Origin: a virus
Taxonomy: Duplodnaviria > Caudoviricetes
Length of the DNA: 64,000 nucleotides
Virus record (IMG/VR): IMGVR_UViG_3300048796_000029
Span: 1 to 64,000 of that record
Reading direction: 5' to 3' (one strand)
Position numbers and translations under genes: made by a program. This document shows positions 1-9,029 of the stretch, one piece after another (positions within the stretch are counted from its first letter, which is position 1; each line of letters opens with the position of its first letter). Under the pieces are notes generated by a model. It was not told the DNA's origin, did no database searches, and was given only the letters and a program-made list of their open reading frames with translations.

Positions 1-6
1 AGATAC

Positions 7-35
7 ATGGTACCACAGATTCACCTGTCTGTCAA
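7..35 (-). promoter_or_regulatory. sigma70-type promoter pointing out of the window (divergent pair with 39-67)
   Basis: Minus strand reads TTGACA-17 nt-TACCAT, with TGTGG directly before the -10. Confidence 0.7.
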
Positions 36-38
36 CAC

Positions 39-67
39 TTGACAAAAAATGAGAAGTGTGGTAGACT
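39..67 (+). promoter_or_regulatory. sigma70-type promoter for the RNase H gene
   Basis: TTGACA(39-44)-17 nt-TAGACT(62-67), TGTGG before the -10; ATG at 74. Confidence 0.75.
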
Positions 68-73
68 AACTAT

Positions 74-529
74 GTGATTGAATATACGCTCCATTTCGAC
101 GGCTCCTGCTGGCCCAATCCGGGCGGCACCGCAGCTTATGGTTTCCTTCTGAAACGCGAGGGATTAGTCGTCGATTCTGGTCACGGTGTGATCGGTTCCG
201 GCCCTCTTATGTCGAACAACTTGGCTGAGTTCTACGCCTTGGGAACCGGACTGAACGCTTTCCGAGATCAGCATTGCGTTGGTCTCGACTTGACTATCCT
301 AAAAGTATATGGGGATAGCGACCTCGTTGTCAAGATGATGATGCGGGTTCAGCGCACAGGGGAGATAAAGGGTGATCCGTCAAAACTCTACTTCCCGGCC
401 TACGAAGGTGCCATCCAAAGTTTAGAGAACATCGCGCGATCCGGCGTTGACGTTGATTTCAAATGGATTCCGCGCGAAGAGAACCAAGAATGCGATGACT
501 TGAGCAAGGCGCATAACGCGACCGCTTGA
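74..529 (+). CDS. rnhA: Ribonuclease HI-like protein
   Basis: LHFDGS, NNLAEF, GDSDLVV and WIPREENQECDDLS match the RNase HI acidic catalytic motifs. Confidence 0.9.
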   Translation: MIEYTLHFDGSCWPNPGGTAAYGFLLKREGLVVDSGHGVIGSGPLMSNNLAEFYALGTGLNAFRDQHCVGLDLTILKVYGDSDLVVKMMMRVQRTGEIKGDPSKLYFPAYEGAIQSLENIARSGVDVDFKWIPREENQECDDLSKAHNATA

Positions 530-555
530 CAAAAGGCGTGTGCTCGTCGTATAAT
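526..555 (+). promoter_or_regulatory. Near-consensus sigma70 promoter
   Basis: TTGACA(526-531)-18 nt-TATAAT(550-555). Confidence 0.8.
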
Positions 556-1107
556 ACAGAGACAGGGGCTTGGACTGTAAGTCCCTTTTGCAGTAAGGTG
601 CAGTGAGGAATGTAAGAGCTTTCTGGGTAAGACCAGTTTTGTCCGGGCTACGCGGCGGTGATGATCCGCTAACAGAGTTAGTTGGTGTGTTTTGTAACTG
701 TCCACCACAAGTGTCTACGGCGATTGCGCCCCGGTCAACAAAAACGTGCATCAGGCAAAAAAGCTCATCAAACTGGCGACTGGTAATGTTCGTTCGACAC
801 TGAAAAGTGGTGGGCGGGGAGGGGAGGGTCGCTCTCAGCACTAGCCAATAGGCTATACTCCATGCTAACTGACTGAAGCATAGTGCTTCAATGCGGAAAG
901 CAAGAACGGAGGGGAGGAACGCCGTACGTGTATCTTGAAGTGGAGGGGTCATGAACTACAAGCCACAGAGTCCAACAAGCCTTTCAATGTCAAAGATTTA
1001 CCGTGACAATAACCACACCACAGGGGAGGATATGCCGTGCGAATCACAGCCCAATGTCCTGCGGAATCGAGAGGGTTTAGTGGTATTTGTAAAGAAAGGG
1101 GTTGTAG

Positions 1108-1212
1108 ATGAACATTGATGAAAGGTTAGACAGGCGTCAAGAGCAAATGCGCAAGCGTTGGGCAGGAAGAAAGCTGACACGTCCGTTTCGGAATAAAACA
1201 GGAGATTTGTAA
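1108..1212 (+). CDS. Small basic hypothetical protein (34 aa)
   Basis: AAAGGGG upstream of ATG; MNIDERLDRRQEQMRKRW...; abuts the next gene. Confidence 0.4.
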   Translation: MNIDERLDRRQEQMRKRWAGRKLTRPFRNKTGDL

Positions 1213-1216
1213 AAGA

Positions 1217-1717
1217 ATGAGCGACTTACCAAAAAAGCAGGCAGCCATGAAGGAAAGACAAGACAGTCGTAAAAAACTCAAGCGCGAGGTTCTCTATCAG
1301 GACCGGGTGTCTGATTTGGAACTGGCGGGATACGATTTGGACTTCTTTACCAAAGAGCATGTCTGTAAATTCTGTCGCAAGAACCCGACGCGTATACGCC
1401 AGTACCGGGGCGAGTTGCTTCCTTGCAAAAGTTGTGCTAAGTTGAAGATTGTACTGAAAAAATACAACCTTACCTTGGATTCATATTGGAGGATGTGGAA
1501 GGAACAGCATGGGTGTTGCGCTATTTGCAACGAGTTGATGACGAGTCCCAGTGTCGATCATTGTCGTGATCTTTTACACTGTCGTGGGATATTGTGCCCT
1601 CGTTGTAACAGCGGCTTAGGGTACTTCAAGGATAATCCGGCTCTATTCCGAAGGGCTGTAATGTACATTGAGAAGAACGATTTGGAGCGGAAGTGGTGGG
1701 TTCAGAAGGATTTGTGA
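1217..1717 (+). CDS. Endonuclease VII-like HNH (homing-type) endonuclease
   Basis: CAIC...VDHC...RGILCPRCNSGLGYFKDN motif. Confidence 0.85.
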   Translation: MSDLPKKQAAMKERQDSRKKLKREVLYQDRVSDLELAGYDLDFFTKEHVCKFCRKNPTRIRQYRGELLPCKSCAKLKIVLKKYNLTLDSYWRMWKEQHGCCAICNELMTSPSVDHCRDLLHCRGILCPRCNSGLGYFKDNPALFRRAVMYIEKNDLERKWWVQKDL

Positions 1718-1946
1718 TTCAAAGTGGTATAAAATAAGTTGTTTATTATCATAGCTTACGTTACTTTTGAGTAGTCAAAATGATCATCCCCATGCTAGAC
1801 TAAAGGTATAGAGATTAGAACGAGATAGGTGCCCGGCTCCTCCTACGCCGCTGCAAAGCGTCGTACCGGGTACCAGTTTTAGTTACACCAACGGCACCTT
1901 TGAGCATCCGCTCAGGTGCCTTTTGTATTGCCCACAGGAGGAAGTT

Positions 1947-2351
1947 ATGAGCCAAGTTGTTGAAGGAACCGAGGATAACCTCACGATCACCCGCCGCGCG
2001 TTGACCGCAGGCAACACGAATGCGACGATGCAGCCGATGGACGTGGCTGAGGCAGCCTACTACAAGCAGCACCCAGAGGAAGCGCCGGGCTATGAGCCTG
2101 CCGCGCCGCCCGCTGGCGAGACACCTGCACCTACCTCGGCACCCGCCGACGCCGCCACGCCCATTGTAGCGCCAGAGGACACCATCGTAGTCTTCACAGA
2201 CTTCGAGATCACCCCGGAGAACGCGGAGACGGTACGGAACTTCGTAACCCGTGGCGAGTTCAACCGCTTCGTGGATGCAACCAACGAAGCATTCCAGATT
2301 CTTGAGGATCGAATCGCCAAATACAACAAGGGCGCATCCCACAAGTTCTAA
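1947..2351 (+). CDS. Hypothetical protein with Pro/Ala-rich linker
   Basis: AGGAGG RBS before ATG 1947, inside ORF 1923-2351. Confidence 0.7.
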   Translation: MSQVVEGTEDNLTITRRALTAGNTNATMQPMDVAEAAYYKQHPEEAPGYEPAAPPAGETPAPTSAPADAATPIVAPEDTIVVFTDFEITPENAETVRNFVTRGEFNRFVDATNEAFQILEDRIAKYNKGASHKF

Positions 2352-2435
2352 GTTCAAAACGCTACCTTCGCTTTACGAGGCGACTAACAGAGTAGCCATA
2401 TCCTGAAGAGGATATTTCAAGGGGGCCATTTGTCG

Positions 2436-2879
2436 ATGACAGTCAATATCGACAAGAATGCGCTCCGCCACTTCCGCACGAAAGCGCGGGACAGTGCTAA
2501 AGAGATCATGGTTTATCTGATCGGCACTGTCAGTACGGATCGTGTCAACGTCGAGAAGTTGGAATACACCACGCGTTACGCACACCAGACGAAGACTTCG
2601 GTCTCTTGGAAGGGGAGCGAGCATCAGCGTATCAAACGGCAGGCAGAGGGGCGCGGGAGGCGCATTGTCGGGTTTCTGCACAGCCATTGTGAAGATTGGG
2701 ATTGCGTCATGTCTCCCGCTGATTATGCAGTTTGTTTGTCTGAGGATTCGATAGTGTGCGGGATCGTTTCTGTTTACGGTCGGACTACTCGGGTGCGGTT
2801 CTGGTCTACAACAAGCCCAGTGCCATGCGAGGTCACACACGATGCAGGTTTATCTAATCCAAAACATGATAAACGGTAA
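2436..2879 (+). CDS. JAB/MPN (JAMM) metalloprotease-family protein
   Basis: E...FLHSH...MSPADY fits the JAMM E-x-HxH-x7-S-x2-D pattern. Confidence 0.75.
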   Translation: MTVNIDKNALRHFRTKARDSAKEIMVYLIGTVSTDRVNVEKLEYTTRYAHQTKTSVSWKGSEHQRIKRQAEGRGRRIVGFLHSHCEDWDCVMSPADYAVCLSEDSIVCGIVSVYGRTTRVRFWSTTSPVPCEVTHDAGLSNPKHDKR

Positions 2880-3444
2880 GTGTTATATCGGGCAACACAG
2901 TCACGATAATCTTCAAAAATACTTCGTTTACAACGCCAGCAGGGCTTTGAGCGGTGCTACCGGAAAGCGCAGGCTTTGGTCTGCTATCCGTAAGTACGGC
3001 CCCAAAAACTTTACCATCCGTTGCATCCACAAATGCGCGGACAAAGCTGAGATGGATCGTGCGGAAAAAGCCTACATCAAACTTTTCGGAACCCGCGACC
3101 CTGAGTTGGGGTACAACTTGACAGATGGCGGTGAAGGCGCTAACGGTCTTCGTCATTCAGAGACTTTCAAAGCAGCCCTGCGTAAGCCCCGTACTGAAGA
3201 GTTGAAAGCAAAGGTTAGTGCAGGGCTGAAGAGGTGTTTTAGTACGCACGAAAACAAAGCGCACCTTAGTCGAGTTTTTGTTACTAAGTCGCATTGCCCT
3301 AAAGATCACGAGTATGACACATCCAATACCTATCTACGGAATGGTGTAAAGTTTTGCAGAGCTTGTGACGCCGCTAGGAAGAAGGCAGCGCGAGATAGGA
3401 AACGGCTGGAGGGCCGTAGTCATGAAACGCCTAACGTCACCTAA
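2842..3444 (+). CDS. GIY-YIG homing endonuclease
   Basis: VYLIQNMINGKCYIGQ N-terminus, GYNLTDGGEG, NUMOD-like tail and C-terminal Cys/His domain. Confidence 0.85.
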   Translation: MQVYLIQNMINGKCYIGQHSHDNLQKYFVYNASRALSGATGKRRLWSAIRKYGPKNFTIRCIHKCADKAEMDRAEKAYIKLFGTRDPELGYNLTDGGEGANGLRHSETFKAALRKPRTEELKAKVSAGLKRCFSTHENKAHLSRVFVTKSHCPKDHEYDTSNTYLRNGVKFCRACDAARKKAARDRKRLEGRSHETPNVT

Positions 3445-3691
3445 GTACAAGCATCTAATCAAATTTCTCGAAGAGATGATGGCCGACCCACGAATGAGTA
3501 TTCGTACTCGTAACGCGGCGGCAGAGAAGTTGTCTCGTATACTTCTACAATCTGAGGCCGTCGCAGAGAAGCGGGCCGCCCGGCGAGACCGGGTGAAAAT
3601 TGCAGTCGCAAACGCAGACGCGGAGCGACCCACGCCTACTGATCCTGTTGTGAATAGCGTCGTCAACTCAGTCGTAGGAGCGAAAGCATGA
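3422..3691 (+). CDS. Hypothetical protein
   Basis: GGAGG upstream, ATG 3422; ATGA overlap with the next gene. Confidence 0.6.
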   Translation: MKRLTSPKYKHLIKFLEEMMADPRMSIRTRNAAAEKLSRILLQSEAVAEKRAARRDRVKIAVANADAERPTPTDPVVNSVVNSVVGAKA

Positions 3692-3897
3692 ACATCCCCA
3701 AGGTAACAGCGGCGCAGGCCGCAGACTTTGCGAAGCACTGGAAGACGCCGGGTGGCATCAGCATCTTTACCGATGACATCCATCACCGCTTTACGGCAGA
3801 CTTTGCGAACATCGTCCTCAAGAGTTTCGTAGAGGACGCGCAGCGAGTTGCAGCTAAGGCCGCGAAAGCCAAGCAGCTTGTGATCGCAACAACCTAG
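3688..3897 (+). CDS. Hypothetical protein
   Basis: Coupled ORF with GGAG RBS. Confidence 0.6.
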   Translation: MNIPKVTAAQAADFAKHWKTPGGISIFTDDIHHRFTADFANIVLKSFVEDAQRVAAKAAKAKQLVIATT

Positions 3898-3903
3898 ATT
3901 TAT

Positions 3904-3978
3904 TGGCCTGTAGCTCAATGGCAGAGCCTTCCGCTGTTACCGGAATGGTTGTAGGTTCGAGTCCTACTGGGTCAGCCA
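3904..3978 (+). tRNA. tRNA-Asn(GTT)
   Basis: Cloverleaf with anticodon arm TTCCG-CTGTTAC-CGGAA, T-loop GTTCGAG, encoded CCA end. Confidence 0.92.
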
Positions 3979-4065
3979 TCCCTCACTTTCTCCTTACCGG
4001 AAAGCGGGGTAGTGCGCTCGGGCACTTCAAAGCCGATGCAACACCCGCGCAAGCGGGACACATCT

Positions 4066-4140
4066 GGGCGATTAGTTCAGCGGGAGAACACCAGCTTTGC
4101 AAGCTGGATGTCCACGGTTCGACCCCGTGATTGTCCACCA
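4066..4140 (+). tRNA. tRNA-Ala(TGC)
   Basis: Cloverleaf with CCAGC-TTTGCAA-GCTGG anticodon arm, G3.U70 Ala identity pair, encoded CCA end. Confidence 0.93.
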
Positions 4141-4283
4141 TTTGACCCATATATGGGTCGTTATCCGCCTTACGGCACCATATATGGGACATTACCGCAC
4201 GGGAACATCACGCGCTATAACGGGAACTCAAGGACACAAAATTCCCGTACGGTGTGTTCAATAATTCCCATTAGGAGCTTTCA

Positions 4284-4457
4284 ATGCTATATCAGCGCAG
4301 AACCTTCACACTTCCCGCTACCAATCCCGGTCAATCCCAGAAGGACTGGGATCGCGCTTTCATGAGCGCAGAGGTATTCATAGCTACCTACGGTGAAGCT
4401 CCTGATGGTGGGCGCACTCCCGAAAGTGTACCGGACGCGACTGGATGCTCCGCCTAG
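4284..4457 (+). CDS. Small hypothetical protein (57 aa; not in ORF track)
   Basis: AGGAG RBS, ATG 4284, MLYQRRTFTLPATNPG... Confidence 0.55.
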   Translation: MLYQRRTFTLPATNPGQSQKDWDRAFMSAEVFIATYGEAPDGGRTPESVPDATGCSA

Positions 4458-4467
4458 CGAGGTACAA

Positions 4468-4977
4468 ATGAAGCCAGTCGATATTGCCCAGTCTCTTTAT
4501 GTCGGAAACGATGCATCGTATGAACTGGTGAAAGATAAGTCGGACTGGAAGACGCTAAGGGTGTGTAAGTTCGGCCCCGGGGGACACAAAGAGAGTTTGG
4601 GGTATAAGACCCAAGGCGCACCGCCCGGCCCCGACTATTTGTCAGTCGTGAAGCAGAACCGCATGGCGTTGAACGCAATCGACGTTGCTGATCCGAACCT
4701 CATTCCCGTAGAGATGATCGAGACCGGACTAAAGTACGTTGACAGCCAGCTTCGATCTGGACACAAAGTTTTGATTGCCTGTAACGCCGGGCATAGTCGC
4801 GGCCCTACCACCGGGCTTTTGTACCTTCGCGCTATCGGAGAGTTTCCCGGAACGACGTTTCAACATGCAGAGCGCATTTATAGAGGCTTGTACCCGATGT
4901 ACAGCCCCGGAATTGGGATGCGCCATTTTGCTAAAACCAACTGGCAATTCTTCGATAATTTGCTGGTCAATAAATAA
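4468..4977 (+). CDS. Dual-specificity/tyrosine phosphatase-like protein
   Basis: VLIACNAGHSRG matches the C-x5-R P-loop; LYVG near the N-terminus; GAGG RBS before ATG 4468. Confidence 0.8.
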   Translation: MKPVDIAQSLYVGNDASYELVKDKSDWKTLRVCKFGPGGHKESLGYKTQGAPPGPDYLSVVKQNRMALNAIDVADPNLIPVEMIETGLKYVDSQLRSGHKVLIACNAGHSRGPTTGLLYLRAIGEFPGTTFQHAERIYRGLYPMYSPGIGMRHFAKTNWQFFDNLLVNK

Positions 4978-4987
4978 GGAGATTTTC

Positions 4988-5326
4988 ATGGATCACGTTA
5001 TGCACGAGGTATCCGCGCACATGGGCGGAGGCGAGAAGCCGAAGAAGGAAGTCAGTCATATCACCATTCACAAATCGGCCACCAAAGGCGATCACGTCGT
5101 TACCCACCACCACACGAGACCGGAACACCACCCGGAAGAGAAGCACACGACCCGTGGAGACGACGAGTTGGCTGCTCATACCCTTGCGACAATGGGAACT
5201 CCAAACCCCGGTGAGACAGCGGACACAGGGCCAGCAGGCCCGGCAACCCCGCCTGACGCAGCGGCAGGGGCAGCAGCAGGCGCAGCGCCAAACGCAGCAG
5301 CAGGCGCACCGCCGATGGCGATGTAA
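4988..5326 (+). CDS. His-rich, Ala/Pro-tailed hypothetical protein
   Basis: AAGGAG RBS, ATG 4988. Confidence 0.7.
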   Translation: MDHVMHEVSAHMGGGEKPKKEVSHITIHKSATKGDHVVTHHHTRPEHHPEEKHTTRGDDELAAHTLATMGTPNPGETADTGPAGPATPPDAAAGAAAGAAPNAAAGAPPMAM

Positions 5327-5337
5327 GGAGAATCCAC

Positions 5338-5562
5338 ATGGCAACGATGAAGAACCATTCCCTGCACCGCGCCTTGGCTTCCCTAAATAAGGGAGGGCTT
5401 CACAGGGCTTTGAATGTTCCCGAGGGCACCGATATTCCAGCCGACAAGCTGGAGAAAGCAAAGAACAGCACCAACCCTCACGTCGCAAAGATGGCGCAGT
5501 TCGCGCACACGATGGAAGGTTGGAAACACGGTAAAAGCGACAACGATGCCGACGACAAGTAA
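5338..5562 (+). CDS. Small hypothetical protein
   Basis: AAGGAG RBS; tight operon spacing. Confidence 0.7.
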   Translation: MATMKNHSLHRALASLNKGGLHRALNVPEGTDIPADKLEKAKNSTNPHVAKMAQFAHTMEGWKHGKSDNDADDK

Positions 5563-5572
5563 GAGGTAGGCC

Positions 5573-5701
5573 ATGCCACTCATCAAAAGCAAGAGCAAGA
5601 AAGCGGTCGGCAAGAACATCGCTACAGAAATGAAAACCAAACCTCGCAAGCAGTCCATTGCCATTGCATTGAGTGTGCAGCGAAAAGCTAAGAAGCGTTA
5701 A
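5573..5701 (+). CDS. Small Lys-rich protein (MPLIKSKSKKAVGKNIATEM...)
   Basis: GAGG RBS; 42-aa ORF directly upstream of terminase. Confidence 0.65.
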   Translation: MPLIKSKSKKAVGKNIATEMKTKPRKQSIAIALSVQRKAKKR

Positions 5702-5716
5702 TCGGCTGGAGGGCTG

Positions 5717-7759
5717 ATGCACATTGAAAAATTGCGTACGCTGTACGCCGAGTGCAGGCATAACCCGAACTATCAATTCCGTGATACCGATGAAGATCAG
5801 TTTTATGCGGACGCACTGAAAAGCTACCAGAAGCTGCCAACATCACAACAGAACAAAGCAGCATCTAGTTGGAAAACCGCTTTAGAGGCCAATGGCGAAG
5901 AACTAAACCAAGAATCGCTGAAAGAGCTTTTGAGACTACGGTACCTGTCACAAACGAATTTGTTTTTTCTGTGCAAGTTGTTGGAGAAATACAACAGAGT
6001 CACCGTCAATACGCATGAAGACATCTGCAACAAATTCTTTGTGGCAAAGCAGCCAATTTTCAACACATTTGAAAAATTCGCAACACAGTACACTGATCTG
6101 AAGGAACGGCTGCTACTCGTTCCACGCGGCGGGTTCAAGTCTTCCATCGACATCGCCGACTGTGTGCAGTGGATCATCTGCTATCCGGCAATCACCATCC
6201 TGATCCTGACGGGTGTCTATGACCTTGCCAGCGACTTCATCAAGGAGTTGAAGAAGCACTTCACTCTTGAAGAGGCGGGTGTGCTTGACAAGAAGGGCAA
6301 GATGACGTTCGGCCCGGCGAAGCTGCTGGACGACGACACTGGGGAATGGTCACCAAGCTATTTTCAGATTCTCTTCCCTGAGCACTGCATCAACCCGGAC
6401 ACCGGGACGCAGCACGAATTTCAAACGCCCGCTGGCGGAGACGACAAAGAGCCGACCGTTCGCGCAGGGTCTATCGAGCAATCATTGGCCGGGCCTCACT
6501 ACGGCATCATCAAGCTCGACGACGTTGTGACCAACGAGAACAGCAAGACGCAAGAGCGTATCGCGGGCATCAACAAACAGATCAGCATCAACCGTGGTGC
6601 CCTTCACCCTTACGGGTTCATGGACATCATTGGTACGTGGTACGACGAGAAGGACTACTACGGAAAGCGTATCAAGCAGGAAGAGTTCTTCGCCAAGGAA
6701 GAGGGCAGCCCACACCTGATCGTAGGTGCAGTGGACGATGGCCGCTTCAACAGCGCCGTCAAGTTGAAGGTGTACCTCCGCGCTTGCTGGTGGTTCACCG
6801 ATGCCGCGAAGAAGGCTGGGAAGATCGAAGCAGAAGCGAAGAAGGAAGACTACGAACTGTGGTTCCCTGAGCGACTGACCTTCGAGTTCCTGAACAATGA
6901 ACGGCAGACAGAGCCGGACGCCTTCCCGATCAAGTACCTCAACAACCCTCGGCAGCTTCACAAGGTGAAGTTTCCCCGAGAGCTTCTGATCCGGCGCACC
7001 GTGCCCGGCAATCAGCTTCCTCCACAGGGAATCGTGGTGACTACCGTTGACACTGCCTACTCAACAAAGAGTTGGGCGGATTACACGGTCATTCTCACAT
7101 GCCTGATTTCAGGCGGGCGCTTCTTCATCATCAATATGAAGAGGGGCCGATTCAACGAGTACGAATTACCCGCAGTCATCGCGGGCGTTGCGCAGACGTG
7201 GAAACCGAAGCGCATCGCTATAGAGGACTCGATGGGCGTGAAGTGGATGGGACAAGAACTGAAGCGCGAGATGAATCGCCTCCAGATTAGTGTGCCCGTC
7301 GAATTTTGCTCATTGGGACTCGGTTCAAAGGCGAAAGCCAAAGCGATGAAGGCCAAGCCAGTCCTCCGACTGCTTGGCGACGAGCGCATGTACTTCCTCA
7401 ATTCGTGCGAGGGACTGAACGAGCTTTACAACGAGCTTGAGAAGTTCACCGGAACGAGCGATGACGCGCACGACGACATTGTTTCAGCCCTTTCGCTTTT
7501 GGCTGAACAGTTCGGTGCGTACGCGGACATGGGAGCGAAGACGCAGGCGGCAGAGACGGACTACGTTAGCGACCGGAAAGCCGCAGCTATGCACCAAGTG
7601 GTTTACGGTTTGGGTCAATACGCGAAGTATAACGCTTCGCAAATACAAGGTGATGACAACCCGACCACCCAGTACCAACTTGAGCAGAACGGTAGGAAGT
7701 TCCGAGATGATGACGGCTCTTCACAAACCGATCCGCTTGCTGACGCAGGGTTGTTTTAG
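5717..7759 (+). CDS. terL: Terminase large subunit
   Basis: LLLVPRGGFKSS (Walker A), IIKLDDV (Walker B), VDTA...HDDIVSALS RNase H-like nuclease residues; lies upstream of portal. Confidence 0.88.
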   Translation: MHIEKLRTLYAECRHNPNYQFRDTDEDQFYADALKSYQKLPTSQQNKAASSWKTALEANGEELNQESLKELLRLRYLSQTNLFFLCKLLEKYNRVTVNTHEDICNKFFVAKQPIFNTFEKFATQYTDLKERLLLVPRGGFKSSIDIADCVQWIICYPAITILILTGVYDLASDFIKELKKHFTLEEAGVLDKKGKMTFGPAKLLDDDTGEWSPSYFQILFPEHCINPDTGTQHEFQTPAGGDDKEPTVRAGSIEQSLAGPHYGIIKLDDVVTNENSKTQERIAGINKQISINRGALHPYGFMDIIGTWYDEKDYYGKRIKQEEFFAKEEGSPHLIVGAVDDGRFNSAVKLKVYLRACWWFTDAAKKAGKIEAEAKKEDYELWFPERLTFEFLNNERQTEPDAFPIKYLNNPRQLHKVKFPRELLIRRTVPGNQLPPQGIVVTTVDTAYSTKSWADYTVILTCLISGGRFFIINMKRGRFNEYELPAVIAGVAQTWKPKRIAIEDSMGVKWMGQELKREMNRLQISVPVEFCSLGLGSKAKAKAMKAKPVLRLLGDERMYFLNSCEGLNELYNELEKFTGTSDDAHDDIVSALSLLAEQFGAYADMGAKTQAAETDYVSDRKAAAMHQVVYGLGQYAKYNASQIQGDDNPTTQYQLEQNGRKFRDDDGSSQTDPLADAGLF

Positions 7760-7769
7760 AGGAGAAAAA

Positions 7770-7871
7770 ATGGCAGATAAGAAAATGGCGGCCTTCAAAA
7801 AGGCAGACGCTAAGCAGGACATGAAGCTGATGAAGAAGATGGCGAAGAAGTCCGACAAGAAAAAGAAGTAG
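7770..7871 (+). CDS. Small Lys-rich protein (33 aa)
   Basis: GAGGAG RBS; MADKKMAAFKK... Confidence 0.55.
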   Translation: MADKKMAAFKKADAKQDMKLMKKMAKKSDKKKK

Positions 7872-7952
7872 TAACCGTAAGGTTCAATATATAGCACCTA
7901 AAGGCGACTTATGGTGCTATATATGCAACCTGTTGAACTTTGAGGAGAGTCG

Positions 7953-8609
7953 ATGCAGGTTTACGCCATAAACAATATAGCCAACGGTAAGATATATGTT
8001 GGGCAGACTATTCGTGATTTGGATGCCTACTTGCGCAGCGATGTTACTAGAGCCTTGAAGAGGACAAAAGATCGCAAGCCCTATTTATACGCTGCCATCC
8101 GTAAGTACGGCCCCAAAAACTTTACCATCCGTTGCATCCACAAATGCGCGGACAAAGCTGAGATGGATCGTGCGGAAAAAGCCTACATCAAACTTTTCGG
8201 AACGCAAGACCCAGAGCTAGGCTATAACCTAGCCGATGGCGGTGGTGGCTCTTTCGGGTATACACGGGTAATAACAAGCGAGCACCGAGAGAAGATAAGG
8301 CTGGCCGGGATCGGTAGAAAGCATTCAGAAGATACTAAGGCTAGGATGAGAGCAGCCGCTGTAGGTAAACCTAAATCTGAGGAGCATAAAGCTAAACTCA
8401 GGAAGCCTAAATCTGATGAAGCTAAAGCAGCTATGAAAGCCGCTTGGACCCTTGAGCGAAAGGCAAAGGGAACTTCATTTTCAAAAGGAAGGGTAATAAC
8501 GGAGGCTATACGAGAAAAAATACGTCAAGCAAATATAGCCTATCAAGTAAGAAAAAGACAGGAGGCTGAATGCAGATTGAATCCGATGGCATTGCCAGCG
8601 GCAGCCTAA
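7953..8609 (+). CDS. GIY-YIG homing endonuclease with NUMOD3-like repeats
   Basis: VYAINNIANGKIYVGQT; repeated HSEDTKARM/KSEEHKAKL/KSDEAKAAM. Confidence 0.88.
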   Translation: MQVYAINNIANGKIYVGQTIRDLDAYLRSDVTRALKRTKDRKPYLYAAIRKYGPKNFTIRCIHKCADKAEMDRAEKAYIKLFGTQDPELGYNLADGGGGSFGYTRVITSEHREKIRLAGIGRKHSEDTKARMRAAAVGKPKSEEHKAKLRKPKSDEAKAAMKAAWTLERKAKGTSFSKGRVITEAIREKIRQANIAYQVRKRQEAECRLNPMALPAAA

Positions 8610-8745
8610 AACCTGCTGATTACGGAAAAGGTGGTGATCTAACCAGCAGTAATGCCGAGTTGACGCTTGTTGTAGGAGCAGCAAAGCAAGCTGAAGAATG
8701 GATCGCTAACAAACAGTGGGCGCTCTTGTGGCGTGATGCAGACCT
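8570..8745 (+). CDS. Portal protein exon 1
   Basis: AGGAGG RBS; frame open to ...WRDAD-CT; joins exon 2 to give DLLYQSPRPM. Confidence 0.8.
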
Positions 8746-8971
8746 CAACATGGGGGTCACTTGCTAGTGATAGCAAGCTGAGAACTTTCTCTGATTGACT
8801 TGGAAGCTGAAATGGCTAACAGGGGGCAAGCTGATAACTTCAGCAGCCTGAACGACTAAGTGAGAGAGCATCTGGAAACAGATGATGCGATAGTCTGACC
8901 TGCATGGAATAACAACATGCAGAGGTAAGCAGAAATGACTTGCCTCGGCGTAAATCGCCGATAACAAAGTG
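8746..8971 (+). mobile_element. Group I intron 1 of portal (226 nt, no ORF)
   Basis: 5' exon ends in U paired to IGS GGGUC; P7 GACTA/TAGTC; GCAGCCTGAACGACTAAG core motif; P9 stems; terminal G; removal restores the frame. Confidence 0.88.
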
Positions 8972-9029
8972 CCTGTATCAGTCACCGCGTCCAATGACAG
9001 TGTACGAGAACACGTATGTACTGGAACCT
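8972..9029 (+). CDS. Portal protein exon 2 (58 nt)
   Basis: C+LYQSPRPMTVYENTYVLEP links exons 1 and 3 in frame. Confidence 0.8.

Noticed and set aside
565-592. tRNA-Tyr-like GGA-CTGTAAG-TCC arm
   Set aside because: No D arm, T arm or acceptor stem.
7887-7924. 12-bp inverted repeat ATATATAGCACC/GGTGCTATATAT before the GIY-YIG gene
   Set aside because: Most likely an ordinary terminator or insertion-associated hairpin; no further support for a distinct element.
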